In this document: positions 50,351 to 63,685 of the stretch, in pieces | Numbering within the stretch: the stretch's first letter is position 1 | Layout of the letters: every line of letters begins with the position of its first letter | Assembly (NCBI GenBank): GCA_976551045.1 | Contig: CDPCPM010000023.1 | Coordinates: 310,001 to 374,000 of the forward strand | Reading direction: 5' to 3' | From: Glaucostegus cemiculus | Lineage: Eukaryota | Length of the DNA stretch: 64,000 nucleotides | The notes under the pieces: generated by a model | Told to the model about the DNA's origin: nothing | What the model saw: the letters and a program-made list of their open reading frames with translations, nothing else | Databases searched by the model: none | Program-made: the position numbers and the translations under genes

Positions 50351-52004
50351 AGAGAGTAAGGCATTGAGTAACAATATGATCAGGTTTAGTTGTACAATCA
50401 AGTTCCTTCACATGATGTGTGTAGTGAGGGCAATTTAACAGAATATTTTCACTGGGTTATGTAAAGACAAAACAATAGACATCAACCAGGTTCTAGATAA
50501 AAGAAAAGAGAGGAAGAGACCACAAATATTCAAATTCATCATTGTTTTACTTTGTTTTGTGTATCACAAAACAAAGTTTTGTGCCAGGTGGTACTCCTAG
50601 TATCCGAGCAGCCTGCTGATTTCACATTAATCTCCTAGCTGGGGAATCGGTGATTCCAGTTGGTTTAGGGTTTCCGCTATGGGGCAAGGGAATTGCAGTG
50701 CACTTATTTAAAACAAGTTCTTGGGGTTAATAATGAAATATGCAGGATCTGTAACCAATTCCTCCTGAACACCTAAATTGAAAAGTACTGCCTTGCAGAA
50801 TGGCCAAAATAATTGGCATAAAGAGTCCCATACCTGTCAATCAAGTCAGGGTTTATCCTGTTCTATGGTGTCTAAGTATATCATTCAGCGTTTGGTAATC
50901 TGTTTGGAAATGGATAAAGTTTTGTTATTTTTGAGAACTCAACATTTGTAACAAATTTTTCTCCAGATCTATAAACTCCATTATTTAGCAAAGCCAAAAG
51001 TTCAGAGCACATAACATCCTATCAGTCTTGTCCCCTGTATCGTACCAACCTTTCTCCTTTACTGGTGCAAGCTTTTATTTCGATAGGAGCACCATTGTCT
51101 GATGAAGCAGTTTGCAACTTAAGATTCATAATTCTATACTATCACATTAAAAACAACCTGGTCCTCCCAATTTTCAGGTTTTGTAATTCCTGATTATAAG
51201 CTAAGACTTTTCTTGCATGGGAGGCAGGCTCCTTCTCACTGGTGCAAAAATTAGAAGCTTGAAATGTAATTAAAATTACTTGTTGAGTTCCTGTAGCATT
51301 TTGTGTGTGTTGCTAATTAAATAGATGATCTGTCATGTTAACTAAGCACAATGCAACGTCAGATTCAAGGAAGAAAGTCAAACTAATATTCCTTGGTTAC
51401 TGGCAGAATAAGAATGCTTGAAATCTTCAAAAGAACAAAAATGAAAGGAGAAAAAAATAACTAAGTAATCATTAAAAATCCAGAGGTAGGTGGTACAGAT
51501 ACCTTGACTTGAAAATTTGACAATGCCTGATTCTGGATGTATTGTGATACTGATCTGACCTAGGAGTAATATTTAATAAATTTTTTTTTCACTTGTTTTC
51601 AGTACTTTTCATGCTATATCTCAGAAATAAAAATAATATTCACCGTAACAATTTCATTTTAAAGTTGACAGAGCTGCTAACCCGTCTGATTATCAATTTT
51701 TTTTCATGAATGTTGTAAAATTTGATTCTGCGTCTCTTTCAGCAGAACCTGGAGATAGTCTGATGTAATTTACAGCATTTCTCTCCTGTTTTGTCAAGTG
51801 TGCAAGTATATCTATGCAACCTATGAACACAATGAACTGTGAATGAGTGTACAAAACAGTTTGTTAAATCCTTTGCCACAGCAAATTTGGTCTCTGATTT
51901 TGCTTAGATTAAGTCCCTCTGTAACAGTTCTTACCTAGTTTTGATCTGGGCTTGATTTTTTTTAAAACTAAATTTCCCAGTAAATTCTAAAGAAATTAAT
52001 TGAA

Positions 52005-52360
52005 GATGGGCTCCCCTGATGTCTCAGTTAAAAAGACCACTACCAAGTGTAAAACTGAGTCGCACAGATCAGGAAGGCCCCACAGTCAATCCCCAGGCTG
52101 ATCTCAGCTATTGATCTCCAATTTGCCTCAGCACCCTTAGGCTACCAAAAGGAAAATTAATCTCGGGTTCACGCTTATGAACTCTAACGTGCTGTAACGT
52201 GTGTGTGTAGGGACAGGATCAGACTTAACTGCAGTGCACCCCACATCCCCAGCATTTGCCATCCAGGATCACACATAACTCATGGTTACTTGGATGAGGT
52301 GTATGGCAAACACCTGTGGGACTGGATGTCAAGCCAGCATCTATAGGGGAAGGAAAGATA
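52005..52360 (+). mobile_element. Ancient tRNA-headed SINE (possibly AmnSINE2-like)
   Basis: gtctcagtt.. A-box-like; cagatcaggaaggccccacagtcaatcccc B-box-like; then ctgatctcagct body. Family name is tentative and from memory. Confidence 0.5.
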
Positions 52361-52584
52361 AACTTAAGAGGGTTTCAAATCTGAAATTCAAGAATGGCAC
52401 ACCTTATTCATCCTGGTGACATTAATCAGAGGTCAAAGAACAAGGTTTTTGGGAACTAGAATTCAATAAGTTTTATTACCGATTCTGTTCATTCCAAATG
52501 TTTTATACTTTGTCTTTATTTTTAGTTACAATCTATCTCTAACATGCAATTTATTCTTTTGCAACTTAAACAAACAAGACATTT

Positions 52585-52770
52585 GAGACAGACAGACTAT
52601 TCGACTGTGCGGAGCATCACAGCTGAGTCCAATCCTGTCCTCGACTGACCTTGACCCATTCACACTTTCCAGCAGGAGTTATTGGATAACAATCAAGCAG
52701 GAACCCTCCTTAGCTCAAGGTACTGAGGCCTATTGCAGTGTCCTTACTCCCATCGCAGCTGAGACCAGAA
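52585..52770 (-). mobile_element. Second, inverted copy of the same SINE body
   Basis: Reverse strand ctggtctcagct..gcctcagtacct..gggttcctgctt..ggacaggattggactcagctgtgatgc is collinear with 52098-52240. Confidence 0.55.
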
Positions 52771-53157
52771 CACCTTTTGTTTAAAATTTGAAAGAATCTT
52801 CGTTTGCAGTCTCATACAGATTTTCAGAACAAATCCATTTGAAATAGCTATGAATGAGTTTTTAATTTTGTCACTTCATGCATCTGAAAATGCACTATTA
52901 TGACAATGTTCCTTTTTTACTGAATCTAAAAGGGACGTACACATTCCTTCAACCTCCTATTTTCATGGCATGCACACTTATCTCCAACTCCTGTTCCCCA
53001 TATCGTCCATCTACATTGCAATCCTAATTCCAGACTAATCCCCTTTGATACAGTTGTGTCCAGACCAGAGTTTTACCTCTACCTGTTGTATATTGGAATC
53101 TTTCTGTCTTACCTACCTTTCTCTCCCTGCCCTATTCCTTTGAATGGGTTTCTTCAG

Positions 53158-53280
53158 TGAAGGCCGGATGGTGGTCCTTTCCCTGGTTATGGGTTTGACA
53201 GAACAGGATGACTTTGCAAATATTCCCGATCTACAGACCAGCAACAGCCAACAAAACCAAGGCATGCAGTCAGACAAAAG
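53158..53280 (+). CDS. SYT7: SYT7 linker cassette exon D (123 nt, 41 codons, phase 2-2)
   Basis: cttcag|TGAAGGC...AAAAG|gtatga. Translates EGRMVVLSLVMGLTEQDDFANIPDLQTSNSQQNQGMQSDK, matching recalled EGRMVVLSLVLGLSEQDDFANIPDLQNPGTQQNQNAQGDKR. Confidence 0.95.
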
Positions 53281-54879
53281 GTATGAATCTGACAAAAAGG
53301 AGAAGAAAACTGATCACAATCTAAATTGAGAAGATAAGTTAAACAAGAAAATTGAGTGTGTGTTGTAGGAAAATTAAGTAGCAATAGTGAATGTGAGCGC
53401 AAGATTTGGTACAAGTAAAATGTATACAATGTGCAAGTGCCTTGAAAATGTGGAACCAGTTCTGTGTGTACATATTTTCTAAAAATGTCAATGATGCCAG
53501 AGTTTAAAAAAAACTCATAATCAGTATCATAATTTCTAAACTTGGTTATTTTGGGCTTGACCTAGTATTAGTTGGCATTACTAAGGGCATTAGGTAGAAG
53601 CTAACACTCAGTACAAAACAATGAAATTGAAAGTCAAACTATGAAATATCTCCAAAGAAATCCATGAAATGTCAATCTTTAGTCAGCCAAATTTCCAATT
53701 CTGTACTTTTAAATCCCTACTTACCATGTCTGTGAAGTGCAAAACTGCTATACTTTGTATGTGTGGAAGCTGACTGGAATTTTATTTTCCATTTAAAAAT
53801 GTTTCTTAAATGCAGATTTTTGTTTCTCTTTCTCTCCTTCTTTCCTTCTCTGATCCTTTGCTTCTTCCCTGCTTTGTGCTGGAGGTATCCGTGCCGATTA
53901 CCATCAATACTTTTACCTTAGATATTATATCCTCACTTCACATCATAGCTTATCCAGCAACTCTCAATGTCTTTCCCATTCCCATCTAAAAATTGCAAAT
54001 ATTTTCTTTTTTCATCAGTGACTCCTGGCTCAGTTATCCACTCACAATGATTCTCTTTTCCTTCTGCCCCATGACATCACTAATTTATATCTAGCTATTG
54101 AGCAATATTGGTCTCATTAGGTCTTTTCAATCAGCAACACATCATAATAGATTTATCTCCACTTACTGATCCAACAATTTTACTTTATGCATCTCAATAA
54201 CTCTTCTTGCCTACATCTCATTAATAATGACTTTTTCCTCATGCATGGCTCAGCAACAAGTCATAGTTCTCTTCAAGACGGTTAAACCTAGGCTTGGTGT
54301 GCTTTCATTTTTTTAAGTTATACTGGCAGCAACTTTTTCCCTTGCGATTTATCAGTTTGGCCTCCTGCTCTTGATTTTCATTGAATAGTGTGCAGAATCT
54401 GTTGCAGAATGCATCAGAGAAATCTTTCATTGTGTCCTGCTCTGTGTGGTCTTTTCAATTTATAGTGTCCCTTGCGCATTGAATTGATCATTTCTATTTT
54501 TAACATACACTGATAGGTTTTCTGCTTCGATCTGTCTAAGTCACTATAATGTCTGAAGTATCTGCCAAGATGATAGATTGTTCAGGTTGCTCGGGGGGTT
54601 GTATGTCCAGTATGTCCACATGCGGAAAGTGCATCCAACTCTACACTTGGTCAAAATCTCTGAGCTTAAGGCTCAGTCACTTCTAAATGACTAAATGGAG
54701 TCTACAGTGAGGTTGAATGAATAGGTGAAGAAAAGGAAATGGGAATTAGAGTTATAAAAGGAGAAAAGAAGCAGGAACTTGGCTCCCTTAAAGTATTAAC
54801 TGGTAATAGAAATCAGTACCGATGACAACAAAGGAAAAAGACAAATGTGGTAACAGCAACTACTAATACATATAATCCA

Positions 54880-55110
54880 TTCAATATATTGACACACCCC
54901 AGGCCCTTCACAGGTATAATATCAAAGAAAACTGAACACCAACCCACATTAATTATTAAGATGGATGTTTACTATCTTGCTCAAAAAACAAGGTTATAAG
55001 GAGTTTCTTAAAGGAGCAATAAAAGATAAAGAGCCAGATAGATTTAGAGATAGAATCCCAGATTTTAGGACATTAGCCACTCCAGACAATGGAGCACCAC
55101 CTAGAATTGG
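54880..55110 (-). mobile_element. Degraded L2/Deu-SINE-type 3' tail
   Basis: cccaggcccttcacagg..ggtt.taaggagtttcttaaagga..tttagagatagaatcccaga. Recognised by eye. Confidence 0.35.
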
Positions 55111-55134
55111 AGGAGCCTGGATCTTCATGGGAGC

Positions 55135-56690
55135 CCAATGATAATCAGACTAGGGAATGAAGAGGTAGATTCAGTGGGGATGCGGTTGCAGAATGTTGGA
55201 ACTCATTATAGGGCAGGAGAGAGAAGACTAAAAATTAATAAAGGCACCGTAAATCAGAAGGAAGTGCAATTCAAGATTATATTCCCAAAAAAGTAGAGAG
55301 AGGATTGAATCTTCATATAAGTGCATAGAATATCCTAAACACAAAGGCAGTGATCAAAATATTAATAACTATAAAGGGTTCAATTTTACTTGAACTCGTT
55401 GCACCTAACATTTTCAGGAACAAAAGGAAAGGTAAAAAGGGTGTGTTAATAAAAGAGATTGTCACAGTACTTGAAAGTAAGAACATTCTAAGGCTTTGGG
55501 TGGAAAATCAATCAATTTAAAATAGAGGGATATGTGGGAAGAAGGGGTTAGATAGTCTTAGGTGACGTTTAAAGGTTGGCACAACATTGTGGGCCGAAGG
55601 GCCTATAATGTGCTGTACTGTTCTATGATTCTATATAAATAAAGGTGGGTAATAGGAAAGGAAATATTATGGTTCTCAGTATTTACAGAACACAAAATTA
55701 TGGGGACAAAATGAGGAGAGAAAGCAGCATACAATTTACAGAGGTACATAGAAACAAGAGGGCAGTACTGTCACGCAATTTTAGTTGTTCTAAGAAAGAC
55801 TGGAATCATCCAGTTCACATTGTCAAAGTGGATTCAGTTTCATCGAATGCATTCGATATTGCTTCCTGGTTCAATGTGTTTTCATTGCAGCAAGGAAGGA
55901 ATTAGCTCTGTGAAATTAATGAGGCTAATAACTAATTTGGAATTAAGAGAAAAACTGGAAGAACTGTTAGGCTTAATTTGTTAATAGGATAATGAAAAAT
56001 CAGGAGTAACGGCTTTAGAATGGAAAGGTATAAAATTCAGTGAGAGAAATTAATGATTTCATTTGTGGGAATGTTTAAATATGAGAGTATAAATAGCTAT
56101 TTATCTATGATAGGAATGTTAATCAGAGGATAGATTTTTATGAACTAATAGTGAGATAAAACAATTGAATTTGTGTTAAAGTAATGCAACTATATTTTGC
56201 AATATGTAAGAAATTAAAAAGATGTAGAAAGTGTATAGAAGGGAAAAACAGAAAGAAATGAAAGGGAATGTGAAAAATGTTAACGGATATGTTAAATCTC
56301 AAGCATATAAAATATAAAATAATAATTAATCTCCACTTGATGAGACAGAATTATTTGTGAAAGAGAAAGACATGAAACATTCATTTCTCCATAAATGATG
56401 GTGAAAATGACAACACTTGTGTTTATAAAAGCACATTAAAGCACTTTTTAGATACTGTAGGATTTGTAAAGAAGTGGCTAAACTCTGATATGCATCAAGT
56501 CCCTGGAAGGAAGCCAGAAGGAAGATTAAAAACGAAGCAGATTGTGGTATTGAGCAAGATTATAACCTACCTTATCAGAAGGGAAGGGAAAGAAATGGTG
56601 GACCAGTTAGCCTATCATCACTGGTACTCAGAATTGATAATTCAGGATCCTGTTTACTTGTGAATGAAATACTCAAGGACATCTAGTCCT
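55135..56690 (+). mobile_element. Very old CR1 ORF2 (endonuclease/linker region) containing a short younger CR1 tail at about 55520-55637
   Basis: ORF 55645..55905 (IYR..NF..DW) is endonuclease-like. The insert ends gtgggccgaagggcct..tgtgctgtactgttctatgattctat. Confidence 0.55.
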
Positions 56691-57291
56691 AAACTAAAAA
56701 CAGAAAGTATTGGAAATATTCTGCAAGTCAGGCAGCAGGCTGTGGAGAGATTCTCTCACGTCACACTTCCATCTTCTGCACTTTTTGTTTTGGTTTTCAA
56801 CATTTAATACTAGTTTGGTAAAAGCAAGTTATGAATGACAAATGCAATAATTTTGCATAAGCAACAGCTTTTTTGCACAACCATATAGTATGTTTTACTG
56901 TATGACCATTTTCTCCCTGTTGACTCTCCCTGGTTGTGGGTTGACAGAACAAACCCTCTGATCCAGGAAGTGATTTTAGATACATTCCATGAAGCTGGTC
57001 CACTTTGACAATATGAACCTTCCAGCCATTCTAGGGACAATTATAATACGTGACAGTGCTGTCCTCCAGACCCACAAATCTCCATGAACTGTATGCTAAT
57101 GATGTTAGGCTAACTGGTCCACCTAACCTCCTACATGCTACCACTATATCAGTGAGAGGAGAATTTCATGTTTCAGCTGATGTTTTCCAAGAGGAGGTTT
57201 GTGTGGGGTGGAGGAAAGACTGCCTTAGATGGCGGAACTTCCTGGTTTGTGGCTATGAGCTGATTTCCCCTTAAGGAAGAATTATGATGTT

Positions 57292-58760
57292 ATATAATAG
57301 CCACAGCACAGAAATGGGCTATTTTGCCCTTAGAGTCGGCTCATATTAGATGAATCCCATCAATCCTATTCCCTTGCTCTTTTTCTGTAGCTCTGCAAAT
57401 TATACCCTCTCAAGAGTCTATTCAGTTCCTTTTTGAAGGCACTGATTGGCTTTTTCCAACACCCTTACAGGCAGTGAATTATATATCATAACTTCATTCT
57501 GCATAAAATATAAAGGTATTCCCTTCACATCTTTTATCCAACAATTTATGTCTGTGTCTCTTGGACCTTAAACCATATGCTAATATGAATAATTTCTCTC
57601 TGCTGACCCTATCAAAACTGGTCAAGATCCAATCAAATGTCCTTTCTTCTGAGGAGAACAATCTCAGTTTTGCCAGCAAAATCTTGTAGCTGAAGATCCC
57701 ATCAAAAGGTTGCATAAATCTTCTGTGTGCCTCCTCCAGAACTTTCGCAATTTTCCAAATGTGTGGCAACTAAAAAAGGAAAACTCCTGTTGCAGCCTCA
57801 CCAACATTTTGCACCAGTTCAGTGTAACTTCCTTGCATTTCACAGTATGGCTCCATATATGAATCCCTGAGTCCTATGCACTTCACCACTTTTGCTCTTC
57901 ATGGGCTCTTTCACTTCCAAAGATTTCACATGTTCACCCTCAGCTACCTCTGTTGCTGCACATCCTTTAGACTGTGATATTTATTCTATATTGTTTCGTT
58001 TTCTTTCTGCCAAAGTGCTTCACTTCACACTTCTCTGTATTAAAATTCACTTGCCATATCTCTGGCCTTTCAACCAACCTGTCTTCTTGTGGTCTAGTGC
58101 TATCCTCCTTACTGTCTGGCAAATGCACAAGCTTTGTGTCATCAACAAATTTGGAAATGTTACCAGACAAACTCACATCTACGTCACCAATATATACCAA
58201 AAAGGCAATGGTCTCATCATTGACTAGCATACTTCAATCTGAAGTTCATTCCATATACTCACCACCCTATGTGTGGAGAAACTGCTGCTCATGTCCCTTT
58301 CAAATCTTTCCCCTCTCACCTTAACCCTCTAGTTTTGGATTCCCTACAGTGGAAAAAAGACTGTGACCATCCATTTCAAAGTCCATGTGACACTTGGCTC
58401 TTTAATTCTGTGGGCTCAATTTTTCTAACTAATGTTTTACATGGAATTTTATCAAATACCTCTGAAAATTCCTTAGGTGACATCTACTGAACTCTCTTTA
58501 TCAGCCTTCTCAAACCAAGAAGTTCAATCAGGTTAGTCAAACATCATTTGCCTTTAATAAATCTGTGCTGACTCCTCGGGCACTTGCCCTTTATCCAGGG
58601 ACGATTAGATAATTATGGTTAGCCCTTTTACAACTTTCATTTTCACATCACTGAGCAATTTACGATGCATCCTATCTAGACCTGGTGATTTGTTTACATT
58701 AAACATAGCACCTTCTGTTTAACAGTTTTCATCCCATTCGTTATCTTTACACCTCCCCTT
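57292..58760 (-). mobile_element. Degraded CR1 LINE (RT to 3' tail) with an internal CR1 fragment at about 58245-58372
   Basis: ORF 57967..58230 (ISKFVDDTKL..WQVNFNTEKCEVKHFGRK) and ORF 57494..57769. Tail cacagcacagaaatgggc. Confidence 0.8.
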
Positions 58761-60533
58761 TTAATGAGATTTTCTTCTTTTAGAATGTTCTTCTTTTAAA
58801 TAAGCTCCCTGTAATCAACAATCAAACACTGGTAATTCTGTATAAAATCATTCTGTAAATGTAATACATATTTTACAGTATGGATCACAAACAGGAAAGT
58901 TATTGCTTTTACTCCTTGAAATACTGATTCCTATACAGAAATGATTTAAAGAGCTGTATATAAATAACAATCAAAAGGACCCAGCCTGTGGAAATAAAAC
59001 AGTCATAATTATTCGTTAATTGCAGAGCCATATAAATTTTATACATCACTTCTCAATCTAAAGAAAATCATTAATTTTTAATGAAATCTATAATTTGGTG
59101 ATTGCACACAACATAGCATCCAGTCTTCAGGCAGTGATCTGATCTGTCCATTATTCTACCCAGCTAAAACTGACATTCAGCTTTGTCATTTAAAGGGGGA
59201 CAATAAGATACACAAACTTTCTTTGAAGCCTCTCAATATCATTGTCAACCTCCACTGATTTTCCTTACACAGCCAACGTGAAAAGTACTTACATCTTATT
59301 CCTAAATATTCTACATTGAAGATGGGGATATTATCAGGACTAATTTTTTAGAAGTTGTTCTTGAAAATAATGTTGTATTAACAAGGAACATAATATCTCC
59401 ATTTCCATCAAATTATCCTCCCAAATTTTATTTTGCCATCTCACATCTATTCCCCTCCAACTAGAGATGCAGATTTGATCTGCACTATGGCTATACGTCC
59501 GCCCTTTCCTAATCTAGCCAAAGGACCATGCTTCCTGTAAACTTGCTTAATAATTATAAGGAGGCTATTTAACTTTATCACATAGAATTCTTAATGAAAG
59601 AGCCGCTAATCAGAAGTGGGAATGACAGCTGATTATCACCCCCCCACCATTCCAGCCCAGAGATATAACATTGAAGCCAGTTCCACTGCCCTTTGAGATT
59701 CAGTTTCTTTACTGTTTAAGTCACAAAATTAAATGTCTTCTCATATTTAATTTCATTTCAACCTCTAATTGCTATTGAAAACAAAGCAATATTCTTTTTT
59801 ATTTTGAGTTTTGAACTTAAAGCATTTTTTTAAATATAATAATGACTAAGCTGTTCCTTCGTTACAAAATGTCTGACCTCCAGGGAATGCTGAAATTGTG
59901 GGTGACCAAAGGAAATCTGGACCAGTGGGAGAGTAGCTGTATTGTCAAGTGCCAGACAATTTTTGATGAAACTGCTCCCTGCATAATCTGTCCCCTACTT
60001 CAAGCCCCGATGACCCACCCACAAGCCACCATCCTGATCATCAACACCAGCATCTTAACCCGCATTCAACTACCAAACAATAGGACATAAAAAATATATC
60101 GATCTTTCACGGGAAACTAGAAAGGCGACAATAAAATAGGAATCAATACTATGCAAACATTTTTACTTGAAGTTTTGTGCATTTAGCAAAAATCATTGGT
60201 CGGTGGAGTAGAAAGCTTTTTTCTCTGCTGCGTCACATGGAAGAAATCTGAGGTCACACTCCTAACCATAACCATGACCTTCACTCTCAGCAGTGTAAAC
60301 ATGCTTCATTTCTCAAACACATTCCACAGATCAGAAATATCTAATTCATGTTATGATACTTCTTACAAAAATGCTCCTACTGCTGGCTTTTAAAATAATA
60401 AAAATCCTCAGACTTACTTTCATATAATTAACTCTACTTGTGGTACTTTCTTCATTAATAAATGGACCCTTTTATGATGCTTTTTGTTGTAACAAAATCC
60501 ACTGATTTTAATAGTCTCAGCCAGGTTGGCATT

Positions 60534-60708
60534 TCAGAATCAGAATCAGGTTTATTATCATTGACATATGTCGTGAAATTTGTTATTTTGTGGCAGCGGT
60601 ACAGTGCAAGACATAAAGACATAAAAATTACTGTAAGTTACAAGAATAAATAAATAGTGCAAAAGAGGAATAACGAGGTAGTGTTCATGAATCGTTCAGA
60701 AATCTGAT
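60534..60708 (-). mobile_element. Short Rex1-like 3' tail
   Basis: (tcagaa)2 tcaggtttattatca tail, like the tail at 7577. Confidence 0.65.
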
Positions 60709-61899
60709 ATTAATATCTGATTCTGTTGTATTTTGTTAAATTGCCCAGTGCTGCTTTCATTTTCCTTAATGGAATAGCACAGAAATTACTTTAATGTGTT
60801 ATTTTGAAAAATAGCTTCTGTTGCTTATCTTTCACATAGCTGTGTTGTATTTTTTTAAATCATGAGAAATGCTGTGTGGGATCAGCAAGAAATATTTTAA
60901 GACTATGCCTTTGCACCCCACTTGCTGTCAAAAATTTCCACTATAAAACCTCCATTAATATTTATAATGTGAAAATACTCCAGTAAGCATCTCACAAAAT
61001 AATTGCAGCCTCCTGCCAGCAGAGTTATTGCAGCACCCACCCTGTTGAGAGCAGACAGTTGCAGTATGGCAAGCCTACACTGTAAATACAAATAAAAGTT
61101 ACAATGGAAACACTAAAACATAGGAACCAAATTATGCTCATACAATCTGGTCCACTTATTGCCCACATTTAAATACACTTCACCTGTAGATTTTAATTGA
61201 TTTTTTTTACAGCATGTTATGAGTTGACACGTAAGTTAAAAATGCTCTAAATAGAAGTTAGTGTTTAAGTATACTGGTGGCTTTTGTGTAACTTTTCATT
61301 TGACGCTATTTCCAATGAACAACCTTTACAGCTTTTTATTGTTCTTAAAAAAATTAGTTCTTCTTATAATAATTATTTTTATAATAACATCTGAATGAGG
61401 CATGAAACGTCCATAACACTTGGTCACAGCTTGCTGGTGTCATTCTGAGCTCTCTCAAACATCAGCAATTTCTATATACTGACTTATCACTTCCCTCCAT
61501 CTTGTTCTCCTGAATCAAGTTTCTTTGACTTTCCAACCTTCTCATAGTGCATTGAGCATTTAAGTAGGGTAAAGAAGCACTTCTCTGACGTCAGCAAGGG
61601 TTCTTCACATGCTGAGCTGGGTACCTCTATTAATCATTGAAATTGCATGGTGCACTTTTAACTGCCAGCATACAAGTGTAATTCCAGCTAAGTTCACTGA
61701 GTGTCTTGGGTAATAAAAATAGCTTCCCAGTTTAATGAGAGGATAACACTTCTGTTAAACTTATGGAGCCCAACAAACCTTATGCTGTTTCACTCCATTT
61801 CCCCTGAAGGTATCAAGATTTGTGGCCTAACAGTCCAGCCAATCCTTTTTCTAATTTTGCTGTCTTTCATCTCAATCCTTCATGATCAGTGACCCCACA

Positions 61900-61992
61900 T
61901 ATTGTGTAATGAATTGACCTGTACAATCGGTTTGTAAGACAAGCTTTTCACTGTACCTTGGTACAAGTGACAATAATATACCAATACCAATA
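61900..61992 (+). mobile_element. Short Rex1-like 3' tail
   Basis: Reverse complement of 29263-29358, ending (ccaata)n. Confidence 0.7.
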
Positions 61993-62479
61993 CATACGCT
62001 GCCCTGCAGGACCCACGGCCCTGCTTGTTCCCCAACAAGTTTTCCACATTTAGAACATTTTACATAATAGGGCCTCTCCTGTGTTTGTGGTTATTAACAT
62101 TGCAGTATCTTTGATTTGCAAAAGCATGGTATTACTTGAAATAAAATCCAAAATTCAAGACGTGTTTACATGAAAAACTCTTGCAACAACCTCCGATCTA
62201 ATTTGGGGGTTTTGGACATTAGTTTGTTTCTGTTACTTCAATGCCAGTGCAATCATTTTCAGTGGAAAGACTGCAGGTATTTAGAAAGTTATGAGTAAAT
62301 ATAGAGAAAGTATTTTCTTTGTTGTGAACTGGGAAAAGGAAACATGATTTTTAAACAGGCTATTTTGGACCATTATGGAAACAAAATCAGGAAGCAAATT
62401 CTCCCGCCACAACAGTGACATAAATCTCAGAATTATTCTTTCCTGGCCACCCCTTTCCTCTGAAGATAAAATGTTAACA

Positions 62480-63260
62480 CAAACTATACAGATTATTGCT
62501 AGTTGAGAGTATTGAGGAACATGAAGCAAAGGTACAATGATGGTGCAAGTCAGCTGTCATCAATTTGAATTTGTAGTATGTTGAAGAGTCTGACCACAGT
62601 CTCTAATGTTCCATCCTTCGTAGTTTAACTTGAGAAGCACAAAACAGTAAAACCAGTGTACAGTTTGAGTTGTCCTGTTTTGGTGGACAGGCCATACCCA
62701 GGCTAAATTGCCAGATTAATGCCATTATTGTAGCTGTGTGAGAACAGCTTGGCTAATAGTGCAGCTGTTTCTGGACTACAGGGGTCTGCAGCTTATCAGT
62801 GACATGGCCAGCAACAGTGACCCTTGCTGTGCTAGTGCACTCAGCCATTTCCTGATGTCAGGTGTATTGGTCAAATTGGCTGGGACAGCCTGATGGTGGT
62901 GACTTGAAAAGAAGGATGGAGTTAATCATCTATATAGTGCTTCTGGCTGAAGACTGCTACAAACATCACAGCCTTGTCTTTTGCATCACATGATGGACTC
63001 TGGTCCCTTTGAGGATGATGATACTCATAGAGTTACCTTTTCCTGCTAGTTGCTTAAGTATCCACCATCATTTTGGTCTTGATGTGGCAGTGTTGTAAGG
63101 CATTGACCTGCAGTGCTGACGATGACATTGCTTAGCTCTGTTTATAGCAGACTGCTGGAGCTATTTACCATGCATGGTACCTGGTATTATTTTCAGAGAG
63201 ACCCCGTGCTGCCCCTGACGTGCTCTTCCACAACCTTTAAGGATTCAGAGTTAGATGTTG
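62480..63260 (-). mobile_element. Degraded CR1/L2-group LINE internal fragment
   Basis: gaggatgatgatactcatagag..tccaccatcatt..cttgatgtggcag resembles reversed ORF2 C-terminal sequence. Weak match. Confidence 0.4.
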
Positions 63261-63685
63261 GTGGGGAAAGCTGTAAGCCTGAAACATTACAGCAAGAAAG
63301 GAGGGAATTCAACCCATCATGCCTGTCTCAGCTCTTCAGAAGAGCCATCCAGTCAGAGCCAGATCCTGATATTTCTCTATTGGTTGGAATATTTTTCTCT
63401 CCTCTGGCTCTTCAATTTTCTTTTGAAAGTTACTATTGAATCAACATCCATCACTTTAAAGCATTGTATAAACGGTTGCTAAGTATTTTGCCTTATTTGC
63501 CCGTGAGATGCCAGGCAAGTAAGCACTGATTGTGCAGTTTTGTTGTTGCTAATAGCCCATAGCTGTTCATGGATGCTGGATATATTCTCAATCCAAACTA
63601 CTTAACACAGTAGTTCCATTGTGGGACATCAAATGAATCTCCAGCCTGAAGACAAATCTGTTTACAGAAAGATGAAGATCACTGT

